Position numbers and translations under genes: made by a program. This document shows positions 30,824-40,194 of a stretch of 51,114 bases of DNA, piece by piece. Location: the NCBI GenBank assembly GCA_039591795.1, contig JBDHCY010000025.1, positions 1 through 51,114 of the forward strand. The letters run 5' to 3'. Origin of the DNA: Gemmatimonadota bacterium (GTDB lineage: Bacteria; Gemmatimonadota; Gemmatimonadetes; Gemmatimonadales; GWC2-71-9). The stretch's first letter is position 1; each line of letters opens with the position of its first letter. A model generated the notes under the pieces. It was not told the DNA's origin. It worked only from the letters and a program-made list of their open reading frames with translations, and searched no databases.

Positions 30824-32383
30824 TTGATCCCACCGACCACCAAGCGCCGCTCCCGTCTCCGCCGCCTGCCAATCATCGTCGGTGCCGCGGTGCTGCTGCT
30901 CACCGTGGCGCTCTTCCGCCCCGAACGGTCGCCACAGGCGACTCCGACAGCTGCCGCGCCGTTCGCGTGGGACGCCGCTCAGGTCTTCGCGGCGCTCGAG
31001 CGAGATTTCTTGACCGCCCGAGCGGCCTCGGTGAACCACGTGGCAACCGAAGTCCGTGATCTACTGGCGTCGGGGACCTCGCTGTTGGAGCGAGTGGCCT
31101 CGCACGATTCGACTGCTCCGCTCGAAGCGCTTGCGCAACTCGAGCGGCTACAGTTCGATCTCGCGGCGCGCGCCGCGGCGCACCCCGAGCTCCTCGACGA
31201 AGTCGCCCGATTTCTTGCCCGCTCACGCATTGCCGTGATGCGGGCGGCTCGCGAGTGGTCCGTGCATCAAGACGATGCACGTGCGGCGGTCTATCGCGCG
31301 ATCTACGGAGGGCGAACGGCGCTCGAGGAGGCGCTCGTGCAGGCGGGAACCGATCGCCTACCCTCCTTGGTGCTCCTCGAAGACATCCCGTCGAGCACGC
31401 CGTCGATCGAGGTGGCGGGCGTGCGGATTCACAGCGGCGACATGGTGCTCTCGCGTGGCGGAGCCCCGACGTCGGCGCTGATCGCGCGCGGCAACGACTT
31501 TCCCGGCAACTTCTCCCACGTCGCACTCGTCCACGTCGATTCCACGACCGGAGTGGCCACGGTCATGGAATCGCTCATCGAGCGTGGAGCCGTGTTGACG
31601 ACCCCCGAGCGGTACCTGGAAGACAAGAAGCACCGCATTCTGGTGCTCCGTCTCCGTGCCGACCATCCGACGCTTCAGCACGATCCGCTGGCTCCCCATC
31701 GTGCAGCCTCGGCGATGCTCGAACGGGTGCGTGCACGTGGAGCGCGGTACGATTTCGCCATGGACTGGCGGGACCCGGATCGCATGTTCTGCTCAGAGGT
31801 CGTCTATCACGCCTATCAGACAGTGGGACTGGATCTCTGGGCAGTGGGATCGACCATGTCGGCACCGGGGGTCGTGGCCTGGCTCGCGTCACTGGGTGTG
31901 CGGCACTTCAGCACGATCATTCCCTCAGACCTGGAGTACGACCCGCGGCTCGGCGCCGTCGCGGAGTGGCGGAACGTCGCCGGGCTGCGGGACTACCGGC
32001 GGGACAACGCGCTCCTGGATGCGCTGCTCGAAGGGGCGGACCGGGGTGACCGACTCGGCTATCCCATCTGGTCGCTGGGCGCGGCTCGCCTTGTGAAGAC
32101 GTGGTCGACAGCCCAGGCGCTGGTGGGTGGACAACCCGTCATTCCTACCGGGATGAGCGCAGGTGCGGCGCTCCGAGTGCAGGCGCTAGTGGAACGGGTC
32201 CATCCGGTGCTCCTGGCAGCGCTCGAGCGATCGGAGTCTGAGTTCCAGCGCGCGCAAGGCTACGAGCCGCCCTACTGGACGCTGGTCGAGCTGGCCCGGT
32301 CCGCACTGGCCGAGCACCGCGCGGCACTGGCCCCGGCGCTGCGGATGGTCCCGGTTGAGCCTAGTGGACTAGAGATGCACTGA
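30824..32383 (+). CDS. YiiX/YebB-like permuted NlpC/P60 (papain-like) hydrolase with N-terminal TM
   Basis: SGDMVLSRG, NFSHVAL and YDFAMD...FCSEVV (His before Cys, i.e. permuted order). Confidence 0.85.
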   Translation: MIPPTTKRRSRLRRLPIIVGAAVLLLTVALFRPERSPQATPTAAAPFAWDAAQVFAALERDFLTARAASVNHVATEVRDLLASGTSLLERVASHDSTAPLEALAQLERLQFDLAARAAAHPELLDEVARFLARSRIAVMRAAREWSVHQDDARAAVYRAIYGGRTALEEALVQAGTDRLPSLVLLEDIPSSTPSIEVAGVRIHSGDMVLSRGGAPTSALIARGNDFPGNFSHVALVHVDSTTGVATVMESLIERGAVLTTPERYLEDKKHRILVLRLRADHPTLQHDPLAPHRAASAMLERVRARGARYDFAMDWRDPDRMFCSEVVYHAYQTVGLDLWAVGSTMSAPGVVAWLASLGVRHFSTIIPSDLEYDPRLGAVAEWRNVAGLRDYRRDNALLDALLEGADRGDRLGYPIWSLGAARLVKTWSTAQALVGGQPVIPTGMSAGAALRVQALVERVHPVLLAALERSESEFQRAQGYEPPYWTLVELARSALAEHRAALAPALRMVPVEPSGLEMH

Positions 32384-32583
32384 AGCATCACGATCTTTGT
32401 GTGACCGGGCGCAACGTTTTATCTTCGTTCCTTGGCAGTCGGCATTCCTATCCGCATGTGATGCATTGAGTCGCTGAGCAGTACGACATCCTCGAGGATC
32501 CGTCCGTCTCGCCCGTGCAGCGCAGCCTCGGGTTGAGGCGGCTGAGAATTGATGAGCGACAAACCTGCCCGAAGGAGGAAGGC

Positions 32584-33276
32584 ATGTATCGTGTGAAAAC
32601 GGGAGCCGTTGGACTAGTGGCCGGAGTGGGACTGATCATCGCTGTCGATGCCTGCAGCAGCGACGACCCCGCGCCCGCACCCCTTCCCGTCGGCGACCTC
32701 TCCGATCCAGCCGTGTTCGAAGCCGCCATGCGGCAGACGTTCCTCGCCGGTGCGCAGGGCGTCATCGACGCAGTCGGACGAGTTGTGGTAGCAGTTGGTG
32801 GCGGTGCCGCCGACGGGGTCGTGCTCACACCGATCGCGAACGGTGTGGCGGCAGCGGTCAGCGTCGATTTCAACGGTGATGGAACTCGTGAGAGTACGAT
32901 CAATGCCTCCCTCACAGGCGATATCAATGTCGCAGCGCAGCTGACGATCGCGTCGATCTCAGCACCTCAGGTTCCGAGCCTTTCCGCGAGCGGGGGCACG
33001 GCGGTCACGCAAACGTCGCCCGGCGTGATCCTGGCCGACGGCCTCTTTGGGAGCGGCAGCGCAGATCCACCAGGCTCCGGCAATGCTGCTGACGTCGCTA
33101 TCAGTGACGGCTCCATTTCCCTCGACCTCGTGACGGGCAACCCCTCTGGCTTCGTGGACTTCTCCATCAGTGGCGAGGGTGGCAGTCTGTCTGCGACGGC
33201 CACGTTCGTGCCCGACGGAGTCGGAGGCTTCGCCGTGGTGTTCAGCGGACCCGGTATCGACTTCACCATCCCGTAG
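32584..33276 (+). CDS. Lipoprotein of unknown function (Gly/Ser/Asp-rich, beta-rich)
   Basis: AGGAGG SD; signal ending VDAC-SSDD; DFNGDG Ca-binding-type motif. Confidence 0.8.
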   Translation: MYRVKTGAVGLVAGVGLIIAVDACSSDDPAPAPLPVGDLSDPAVFEAAMRQTFLAGAQGVIDAVGRVVVAVGGGAADGVVLTPIANGVAAAVSVDFNGDGTRESTINASLTGDINVAAQLTIASISAPQVPSLSASGGTAVTQTSPGVILADGLFGSGSADPPGSGNAADVAISDGSISLDLVTGNPSGFVDFSISGEGGSLSATATFVPDGVGGFAVVFSGPGIDFTIP

Positions 33277-33366
33277 CGACCGCCGCTGTCTCTGATCACG
33301 ACGCTCCTCGCCGCCCTCACCAGGATCCTCGTCAGGCGGCGGGGAGCGTGGCTCATCGGCGCCGGT

Positions 33367-35829
33367 TTGCTGTGCCTCGCCCTGCTCTGGGTGAGCTCGC
33401 ACCTGACCTTTCGGCTCGACATCAGCGACTTCCTGCCTGAGGAGCCGGCCCGCGAGGGTCGGCTGCCAACGCACCTCTTGCGTGAGCTGTCGGGTAGTGG
33501 ACGCCTCGCGGTCCTTCTCGAAGCCGACGAAGAGATCACCACCAGCGACGTGGAGCTGGTGTTCGGCTATCTCGTCCCGAAGCTCGCCGCGCTGAACGGG
33601 GTGGGTGGCGTGAACGCCAGGCTCACGACCGGGCAAACCCAATTCATCGAGCAGCATCTGCCGCAGCGCATCGTGCTCTATATGGAGCCCGGCGCGCTCG
33701 CCGCCGTAGGCCCCCGGCTGTCACACGAGGGAATCGAAGCGGCCATCGCGTCGATCGACGAGCCGGCCGAGATCCCGCTCCCGGGTGACAGCACGCGCCG
33801 GGCGCGAGATCCGCTCGGCCTCATGCGGCTGGCAGCGCGCGCCGTGCGCGATTGGATCGGGGTCTCGCGCGTTCGCCTGATCGACGGCTTCTACGCCCTC
33901 CCTGGTGCTCGAGCGTTCTTCCTCACGATCGAAACCGAAAACACCCTCGACGACTACGAGCCGACTCGGGCGTTCGTGGAGTCGGTCGAGGGCATCTTGA
34001 GCGAAGCCCGCGCCGATCCGGAGGTCAGCCCGCTTCTCCGGAATCGTCGGTTGTATGCCGTAGGACGGCCGGTCAGCTACGCGTCGGCCGTCGAGATCCT
34101 CTCAGCCGATGGCACTCGGGTCGCACTTGCAGCCACCGTCACGGCCATCCTCTTGATGGCGCTGCTGTTCCGCCGACCGACCGCACCGCTCGTGATCGTG
34201 CTGACGGTCGCCTGCGGACTGCTGATCACCGCCGCCATGGCAGTCGTGATCTACGGATCGCTCAGTCTCGTCGCCTGGGTCTTCATCGGTCTCCTCGTGG
34301 GGCTGGGAGTCGACTTCGGAATCCACATTGCCGTCCACTTCTGGGTGTACGGCTCCACCCGATCCGAACCGGCGCAAGCGCTCGCGTCCGCACTGGCCCG
34401 GCCCGGCTTGAGTATCGCGACCGGCGCCCTGACGAGTGCCGCCGCGTTCTTGACCCTCCTGACCATTCCTTACCCATGGATTCGCCAGCTGGCGACGCTG
34501 ACGGCACTCGGACTGCTCGCGATCCTGGTGTGCAGCTTCACCGTACTGCCCTTGCTGCTCTCACTTTCCAGGCCCGCCACGCGCGACGAGGTGATCTGGT
34601 CGCGTTGGGGAAGACTCTTCGAACGCGCGAGCCGTGCCCAGCCTGCGCTCGCCGTCACGCCGTGGATCGTCCTGGTTGGCGCCAGCCTTGCCGTCGCGGG
34701 TGGGCTGCGGTTCGAGCCGCACCCGTGGAAGCTGGCAGTGCGTGGGAACCCCGAGTCAGCGCGGCTCGACCGGTTGAGCCGCGAAGCGGGTTCGGCGTTT
34801 ACTCCGGTGCTCCTCGTGTCGAGGGGATCAACGGCGGAGCAAGCACTCGACCGCGACCGCGAGGCCGTGCGTCGCCTGAGGCCGGTCGCACTGCGTGCGG
34901 GGGTCGCAACGATTCAATCGCTTGCCCGGTGGCTTCCGGCGCCGGAGGACCAGCGCGCCAACATCCGCTTCGTTCAAGAGCGCCCAGAGCTGTTTTCACC
35001 GCAGCGCTTCCGGCAGGATTTCGAGGACGTCGTCGCCCGAATGGACCGCCCGGATCCCTATCTCACAGAAGAGTACCTGCCCCAAATCACCCGATCGCTC
35101 AATCCCGACATCGACGAGCTGGCCCTGAGCGATCTGCGCGACCTGGGGCTGGGGAGCGAAGTGGATCGACACCTGACGCAGCACGCCGGTGAGCATTTAG
35201 CCGTTTCGTATGTCTTCCTACGGCGGTTCCCCTGGGCAGAGGGGGTCGTGTCCAGATTCTTGAGCGTGGTTCGCGATGCTGGGATCGAAGACTTGCCAGG
35301 AGTGACGCTCGCCGGCGATCCCCTCCGATCGGCCAACCACGCTCAGGTGATTCGACGCACCGTAGCGCTCGCCACCGTCCTCGCCGTGCTGCTCGTGAGC
35401 AGTGTCCTATGGCTCCGCTTCCGCCACGTGTCCCTCGTCGTCTTGTGCTTGATGCCGCTGGCGTGCGGCCTCAGTGCAGCGGTTCTCGTGATGCGATTGG
35501 CCGGAATCGAGCTCAATCTGCTGTCGATCGCGATCGCTCCGATCGTGGTGGGGATCGGAGTCGACGACGGGATTCACGTCGTGGGGCGGCTCCGCGAAGG
35601 GCACGAGCTGGGAGCCGTGTTGCGGGAAGCGGGATCGAGCATCACGATGACGACGCTCACGACGGTGGGTGCCTTCGCATGCCTGGGTCTTGCGACGTTC
35701 ACGGGGGTGCGCGAGGTGGGGCTCGTCGGAGCCGTGGCCCTCCTGGTGTGCCTGCTTGCCTCACTCCACATCATCCCCGTCGGGTGGCGACTCATCGAAA
35801 CAAGGCGCGCCAGACCCGATGGTCCCTAG
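33367..35829 (+). CDS. MMPL/RND family membrane transporter (true start probably upstream, ~33286-33292)
   Basis: Two TM bundles with GLGVDFGIH and GIGVDDGIH motifs, separated by periplasmic domains. Confidence 0.9.
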   Translation: MLCLALLWVSSHLTFRLDISDFLPEEPAREGRLPTHLLRELSGSGRLAVLLEADEEITTSDVELVFGYLVPKLAALNGVGGVNARLTTGQTQFIEQHLPQRIVLYMEPGALAAVGPRLSHEGIEAAIASIDEPAEIPLPGDSTRRARDPLGLMRLAARAVRDWIGVSRVRLIDGFYALPGARAFFLTIETENTLDDYEPTRAFVESVEGILSEARADPEVSPLLRNRRLYAVGRPVSYASAVEILSADGTRVALAATVTAILLMALLFRRPTAPLVIVLTVACGLLITAAMAVVIYGSLSLVAWVFIGLLVGLGVDFGIHIAVHFWVYGSTRSEPAQALASALARPGLSIATGALTSAAAFLTLLTIPYPWIRQLATLTALGLLAILVCSFTVLPLLLSLSRPATRDEVIWSRWGRLFERASRAQPALAVTPWIVLVGASLAVAGGLRFEPHPWKLAVRGNPESARLDRLSREAGSAFTPVLLVSRGSTAEQALDRDREAVRRLRPVALRAGVATIQSLARWLPAPEDQRANIRFVQERPELFSPQRFRQDFEDVVARMDRPDPYLTEEYLPQITRSLNPDIDELALSDLRDLGLGSEVDRHLTQHAGEHLAVSYVFLRRFPWAEGVVSRFLSVVRDAGIEDLPGVTLAGDPLRSANHAQVIRRTVALATVLAVLLVSSVLWLRFRHVSLVVLCLMPLACGLSAAVLVMRLAGIELNLLSIAIAPIVVGIGVDDGIHVVGRLREGHELGAVLREAGSSITMTTLTTVGAFACLGLATFTGVREVGLVGAVALLVCLLASLHIIPVGWRLIETRRARPDGP

Positions 35830-35970
35830 CGCTCCGCTGGCTTGCAACCGCAGCCGCAGGCGTTCGAGAACGGCTCCTGGCCTTCGCCGCACCGGAAGCG
35901 CAGTCGGGCGCAGGCAGCCGCATCTTCACTCACGTAGCGGACGCCGGGGGCGCCGACGTCGGCAGTCCAT
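35826..35970 (-). pseudogene. Cys-rich micro-domain remnant or small protein (C-x6-C-x10-CGCGC), one-base frameshift near the 5' end
   Basis: Reads MDC, extra base at 35961, then DVGAPGVRYVSEDAAACARLRFRCGEGQEPFSNACGCGCKPAER*; not in the ORF track. Confidence 0.5.
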
Positions 35971-36109
35971 CCCGATCAGAGTTCCACTCGGTCGAATCGC
36001 CGCAGAAGTAGTAGCACCCCGGGTCGCCAGCGCCGGTCGGCAGGTGGACTCCCCTGCACGAAGTGGCTTCCCACATCATAGCTCAGACGTGCTGCTGTTG
36101 CCGCTCTGC

Positions 36110-36628
36110 TTATGGGCCACTCGAAGCAGCAGGCGCTGTTTCTCCGGCGCTGCCGACGGCTGCCGGAGGGAGCCCTCCCGTGTGGGCGAGGAGCCACCGC
36201 ATGCACCGGTGCCCCACGTCCACGTGATCGAGGAACATCATCGGGCAGGCACCGGGAATCACCGAGATCCCTTGTTCTTTGCAGAGCCGGATCGCTTCGT
36301 CGGACACGCTGCCGGCACCGAATGACCGGTGCATCCACACTCGATGGATCCCGAGTGCGGCGCAGTCGCTCACGATCTGGGTCGTGACGCTGGGATGCGT
36401 GGCGATGACCACCGCGTCGACACCATCCGTGATTGCCGACAGTCCGGCATAGCAATGATCTCCTTCGACCCGCTCGGCGTTCGGATTGACTGGGTACACC
36501 TGATAGCCTGCGTCGCGGAGCCTCTTGTAGACGATGTTCGCCGCCTGCCCGTGCTTCCGTGACACACCCACCACCGCAATCCGTTTCTGCGCGAGGAAAT
36601 CCTCAGCTGCGTCTTTCAGCGTGCTCAT
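36110..36628 (-). CDS. CoA-binding protein (YccU-like)
   Basis: GAGGAGG SD; KRIAVVGVSR, VYPVNP, VWMH and GACPMM. Confidence 0.92.
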   Translation of the reverse strand: MSTLKDAAEDFLAQKRIAVVGVSRKHGQAANIVYKRLRDAGYQVYPVNPNAERVEGDHCYAGLSAITDGVDAVVIATHPSVTTQIVSDCAALGIHRVWMHRSFGAGSVSDEAIRLCKEQGISVIPGACPMMFLDHVDVGHRCMRWLLAHTGGLPPAAVGSAGETAPAASSGP

Positions 36629-36971
36629 CGTCCCTCCTCGACATCCGAGAATTGCTCGCAGTACCGCTCAAAGTCAGTTTTCGTCATCAGACGTGAAGGC
36701 AGAGTGATACCCGCGTGAGCATCCGGAGCAGCGTCCTTCATGAAAATCTCACAGTTTCATTCACAACTTGAGGCCAGCTTGCTCAGCTGGAGTTCGCTGG
36801 CCGATCCAACTACTCGCTGACAAACCGCCCGCCTTCGGGATGAGCACCCCGACCGCCGCGTCCACAGGAATCGTGGGCGATGGACGACCAGATCAGGGCT
36901 CGGTCTCGCGGTGGCACGCTCCGCCAGCCTGCCCGCTGGCATCACCCCTGACGGAGGGATATTCTAGCGCC

Positions 36972-38066
36972 ATGCACGACCCCAACCCCGACCCGCCCAC
37001 GGTGCCGGCTCGAGGCGCCCGCGTCCGGTCAGCTCCAGACGACGTCGAGCGGAGGCTCTCCGAGCTGGGGCTCGAGCGGGTGGACGGCCCAGCCATTACC
37101 TCCGAGGCCATACCTGTCGAAAGTGGCCGCTGGAAGGTCTCGATTAGCCGCCCCGCCATGGGGACGCTGGTTTCCATCTCTGCCATCGTCGACTCTCCGG
37201 AACGCGCAGACCATGCGGCCGGTTGCGCATTCGAAGAGATGGACCGGCTCATCGCGCTCTTCAGCTTGTACGACCACACTTCGGCGCTCACCCGCCTGAA
37301 CGAGTCGGGCAGGCTCGATGGCGCACCGCCGGAGTTGACGCGGGTCGCCCGCGCCGCGCTCGACTACCACCGGATCTCGGGTGGCGCGTTCGAGATGACG
37401 GTCGGGCCAGTCGTCGACCTCTTCCGCGACCGCTCGAACGGCGGACCGAGCCACCTTCCGACACGCGCCGAAGTTGGCGAGGCCATGGAACGGGTCGGGT
37501 CACAGCACGTGCGGGTCTCGCGGCGCAGGATCCGGTTCGAGCGCGACGGCATGGCTGCCACGTTCGACGGGATCGCGAAGGGCGACATCGTCGACGCCAT
37601 CGCGCGCATACTCGACAGGCACGGGCTCCGCCGATACCTCGTCAATGGGGGCGGCGACATCCGAGTGCGTGGGACGGGCGAAGGCGGACTCCCCTGGACC
37701 GTCGCCGTTCGTGACCCCGCCAGCCCCGGATTGCTGCGCGACACGATTCAGCTGACCGACGGGTCTGTGGCGACGTCGGGGGGCTATGAGAATCACTTCG
37801 ACAATGAAATGATCAATCACCACATCGTCGATGCGCGCACCGGCCAGTCGCCCGTCGCGGCCGCAAGCGTGTCGGTCGTGGCCCCGACGGCGGTGGATGC
37901 GGATGCGCTCGCCACGACCGTCTTCGTATTGGGTCCGGCACAAGGGGTGGCCTTCGTAGACCGTATTCGAGCGGCCGCCTGTCTCGTGATCGACCGCCAA
38001 GACCGGCGCTGGACATCCCGGCGCTGGCGGAGTGAATCCACGCCGGGAGGAGAACACCAACCATGA
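36972..38066 (+). CDS. apbE: FAD:protein FMN transferase
   Basis: AMGT, SALTRLN, GAFEMTVGP, GIAKG, NGGGDIR, VATSGGYE, HIVDARTG and ADALAT. Confidence 0.92.
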   Translation: MHDPNPDPPTVPARGARVRSAPDDVERRLSELGLERVDGPAITSEAIPVESGRWKVSISRPAMGTLVSISAIVDSPERADHAAGCAFEEMDRLIALFSLYDHTSALTRLNESGRLDGAPPELTRVARAALDYHRISGGAFEMTVGPVVDLFRDRSNGGPSHLPTRAEVGEAMERVGSQHVRVSRRRIRFERDGMAATFDGIAKGDIVDAIARILDRHGLRRYLVNGGGDIRVRGTGEGGLPWTVAVRDPASPGLLRDTIQLTDGSVATSGGYENHFDNEMINHHIVDARTGQSPVAAASVSVVAPTAVDADALATTVFVLGPAQGVAFVDRIRAAACLVIDRQDRRWTSRRWRSESTPGGEHQP

Positions 38067-38587
38067 CGCTCGGCATGAGTCCCGAACACCCGTACTCCCG
38101 ATTGCAGACCACGACGCTCGTCGCCCTCCGGATGCTCATTGGGTGGCACTTCCTGTACGAAGGCCTCGCCAAGATCGGGAACCCCTACTGGTCGTCCGCG
38201 GGGTATCTCGACGGCGCCCAATGGTGGCTCGGAGGACTGTTCCGCAACCTCGCGGCGAGCGCCACGGCCGTGACGATCATCGACTACGTCAACATGTGGG
38301 GGCTCACCCTGATCGGACTCGGCCTGATGTTGGGGCTGCTGACTCGAACCGCGACGATCGCGGGCATCGTGTTGCTCGCGCTCTACTATCTCGCCGCGCC
38401 GCCTTTCGTCGGACTCGAGTACTCGATTCCGACCGAGGGAAGCTACATCGTCGTCAATAAAGTCCTGATCGAAGCAGTCGCACTGATCGTCCTGTTCGCA
38501 TTCCCGACGGGGCGCATCTTCGGCCTCGACCGTTTCGTCACCTTGAAGCGTGGCACGGCTCACCGTGCGGCGCCGGCACAGGCGTGA
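38063..38587 (+). CDS. DoxX/DoxD-family membrane protein
   Basis: ATGA overlap with apbE; LRMLIGWHFLYEGLAK, IGLGLMLGLLTR, FGLDR; four TM segments. Confidence 0.9.
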   Translation: MTLGMSPEHPYSRLQTTTLVALRMLIGWHFLYEGLAKIGNPYWSSAGYLDGAQWWLGGLFRNLAASATAVTIIDYVNMWGLTLIGLGLMLGLLTRTATIAGIVLLALYYLAAPPFVGLEYSIPTEGSYIVVNKVLIEAVALIVLFAFPTGRIFGLDRFVTLKRGTAHRAAPAQA

Positions 38588-38597
38588 GGGGAAGATC

Positions 38598-40175
38598 ATG
38601 AACGACGAACAGAAGACACCCGAAGGCTGGACCACGATGAGCCGCCGTAGCCTGCTCAAGGCGCTCGTCTCCCTCCCCGTGATCGGCGTCTTCGTCTACA
38701 ACTACCTGCGCAAGCGGGCCGTCGACGACGCCAAGAAGCAGGCCGTCCTGGCCGAGCTCGGCGTGAGCGAGGGCGGGCCGGCCATCATTCCGAACGCGAT
38801 CTCCAAGCCGCCGGGGGAACGAGTCCGGGTCGGAATCGTCGGGTTCGGGGGCGAGGGCGAGGCCCTCGTTCGCCACGCCGGTTTCGCCCACCCCGACTGG
38901 ATCGAGAGCGCGCGCGAGCGCGTCGCAGAGGACCCACGCGACAAGCAGCTCGAGACGTACATCAAACAGGAAGATCTGAACGTCGAGATCACGGCCGTGT
39001 GCGACGTGTTCGACGTCCGTACGGAGCGTGGGATTGCGGCGTCCGCCGTCGATGTGCGGCCGCAGGGACACCCGGCCAACCAGCCCGCGAAACGGTATCG
39101 TCGTTACACCGACATGCTGGAGAGCGGCGAGATCGACGCCCTGATCATCGGGACACCCGACCACTGGCACTCTCGCATTTCCATCGATGCAGCCGCAGCC
39201 GGCATCCACGTCTATTGCGAAAAGTGCATGACGCGCACCGAGGACGAGGCGCTCGCGATGTACGACGCGGTGAAGAACTCCGACATCGTCTTCCAACTCG
39301 GACACCAGAATCGGCAGTCGGAGGCACACAACAAAGCCCGCGAAGTCATCGGCGCGAACATCCTGGGTCCCATCACCTTGGTCGAGTCCACCACCAACCG
39401 CAACACGCCGTGGGGTGCGTGGGTGTGGGACATTCACGAGAAAGGAAACCCGCAGACGATCGACTGGGAGCATTTCCAGGAGCCGGCGGCCAATCGTGTG
39501 CCGTTCAACCTGGAGCGGTTTTTCCGGTGGCGGTGCTGGATGGACTACGGCACCGGGCTTTCCGGTGACCTGCTCTCACACGAATACGACGCGGTGAACC
39601 AGATCCTCGGCATCGGGATTCCGGCGTCCTGTGTCGCGTCGGGTGGGGTCTACTACTTCAAAGACGGGCGCGACGCACCAGACGTGTTCCAGGCCGTCTA
39701 CGAGTATCCCGACCGTGACCTCACCTTCGTCTACAGCGCGACGCTCGCCAACTCGCGGGACCGCGGCTTGGTATTCATGGGTCACGACGCGTCGATGAAG
39801 GTGGGAGGGAGCCTCACCGTGCAGGCGGAGGGCGACTCCACGCGCTACAAAGAGAAGATCGAACAAGGCGTCATCGATCCGTCCGAGGTGATGTTCACCT
39901 ATCGCCCGGGGTTCAAGGGCATCGATGCGGTGACGTCGGCCACGGAACGTTACTTCGCGAGCCGTGGGCTGCTCTATACGTATCGTGGTGGCCGCCGAGT
40001 CTCGGCCTACCACCTGCTGATCGGCGAGTGGCTCGACGTGATCCGAAATGGTGGAGAAACGAGCTGCAACATCGATCGCGGACTCGAGGAGGCCATCACC
40101 TGCCACATGGCGACCCGTTCCTGGCAGGAGGGTCGCAAGGTGGAGTGGGATCCCGTCCGGAGGCGTATCGTCTAG
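38598..40175 (+). CDS. Gfo/Idh/MocA oxidoreductase with Tat-type N-terminus and internal DAVTSAT motif
   Basis: SRRSLLK followed by a hydrophobic helix; VGIVGFGGEG, TPDHWH, HVYCEK, WR...DYGTG...DLLSH. Confidence 0.92.
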   Translation: MNDEQKTPEGWTTMSRRSLLKALVSLPVIGVFVYNYLRKRAVDDAKKQAVLAELGVSEGGPAIIPNAISKPPGERVRVGIVGFGGEGEALVRHAGFAHPDWIESARERVAEDPRDKQLETYIKQEDLNVEITAVCDVFDVRTERGIAASAVDVRPQGHPANQPAKRYRRYTDMLESGEIDALIIGTPDHWHSRISIDAAAAGIHVYCEKCMTRTEDEALAMYDAVKNSDIVFQLGHQNRQSEAHNKAREVIGANILGPITLVESTTNRNTPWGAWVWDIHEKGNPQTIDWEHFQEPAANRVPFNLERFFRWRCWMDYGTGLSGDLLSHEYDAVNQILGIGIPASCVASGGVYYFKDGRDAPDVFQAVYEYPDRDLTFVYSATLANSRDRGLVFMGHDASMKVGGSLTVQAEGDSTRYKEKIEQGVIDPSEVMFTYRPGFKGIDAVTSATERYFASRGLLYTYRGGRRVSAYHLLIGEWLDVIRNGGETSCNIDRGLEEAITCHMATRSWQEGRKVEWDPVRRRIV

Positions 40176-40194
40176 GCGTGCTCACTCAAGACCG

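Noticed and set aside
32540-32590. c-di-GMP-I-like riboswitch (gacaaacctgcccgaagg)
   Set aside because: The downstream conserved core and P2 stem are absent, and the segment runs into the SD. An Infernal/Rfam search would be decisive.
21400-33369. TAG recoding (in-frame continuations after TAG at 21402, 24012 and 33276)
   Set aside because: Many other genes end in TAG at their expected C-termini, the 21484 gene has its own SD and signal peptide, and no pyl genes are present. Open frames are common at high GC.
35976-35978. Selenocysteine TGA joining ORF 35976-36455 to the Cys-rich peptide
   Set aside because: The upstream ORF is a shadow frame of the CoA-binding gene; a one-base frameshift explains the peptide better.
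36738-36768. Rex/CRP-like operator (tcatgaaaatctcacag...ttcacaa)
   Set aside because: Only half-site matches with wrong spacing; not supportable by eye.
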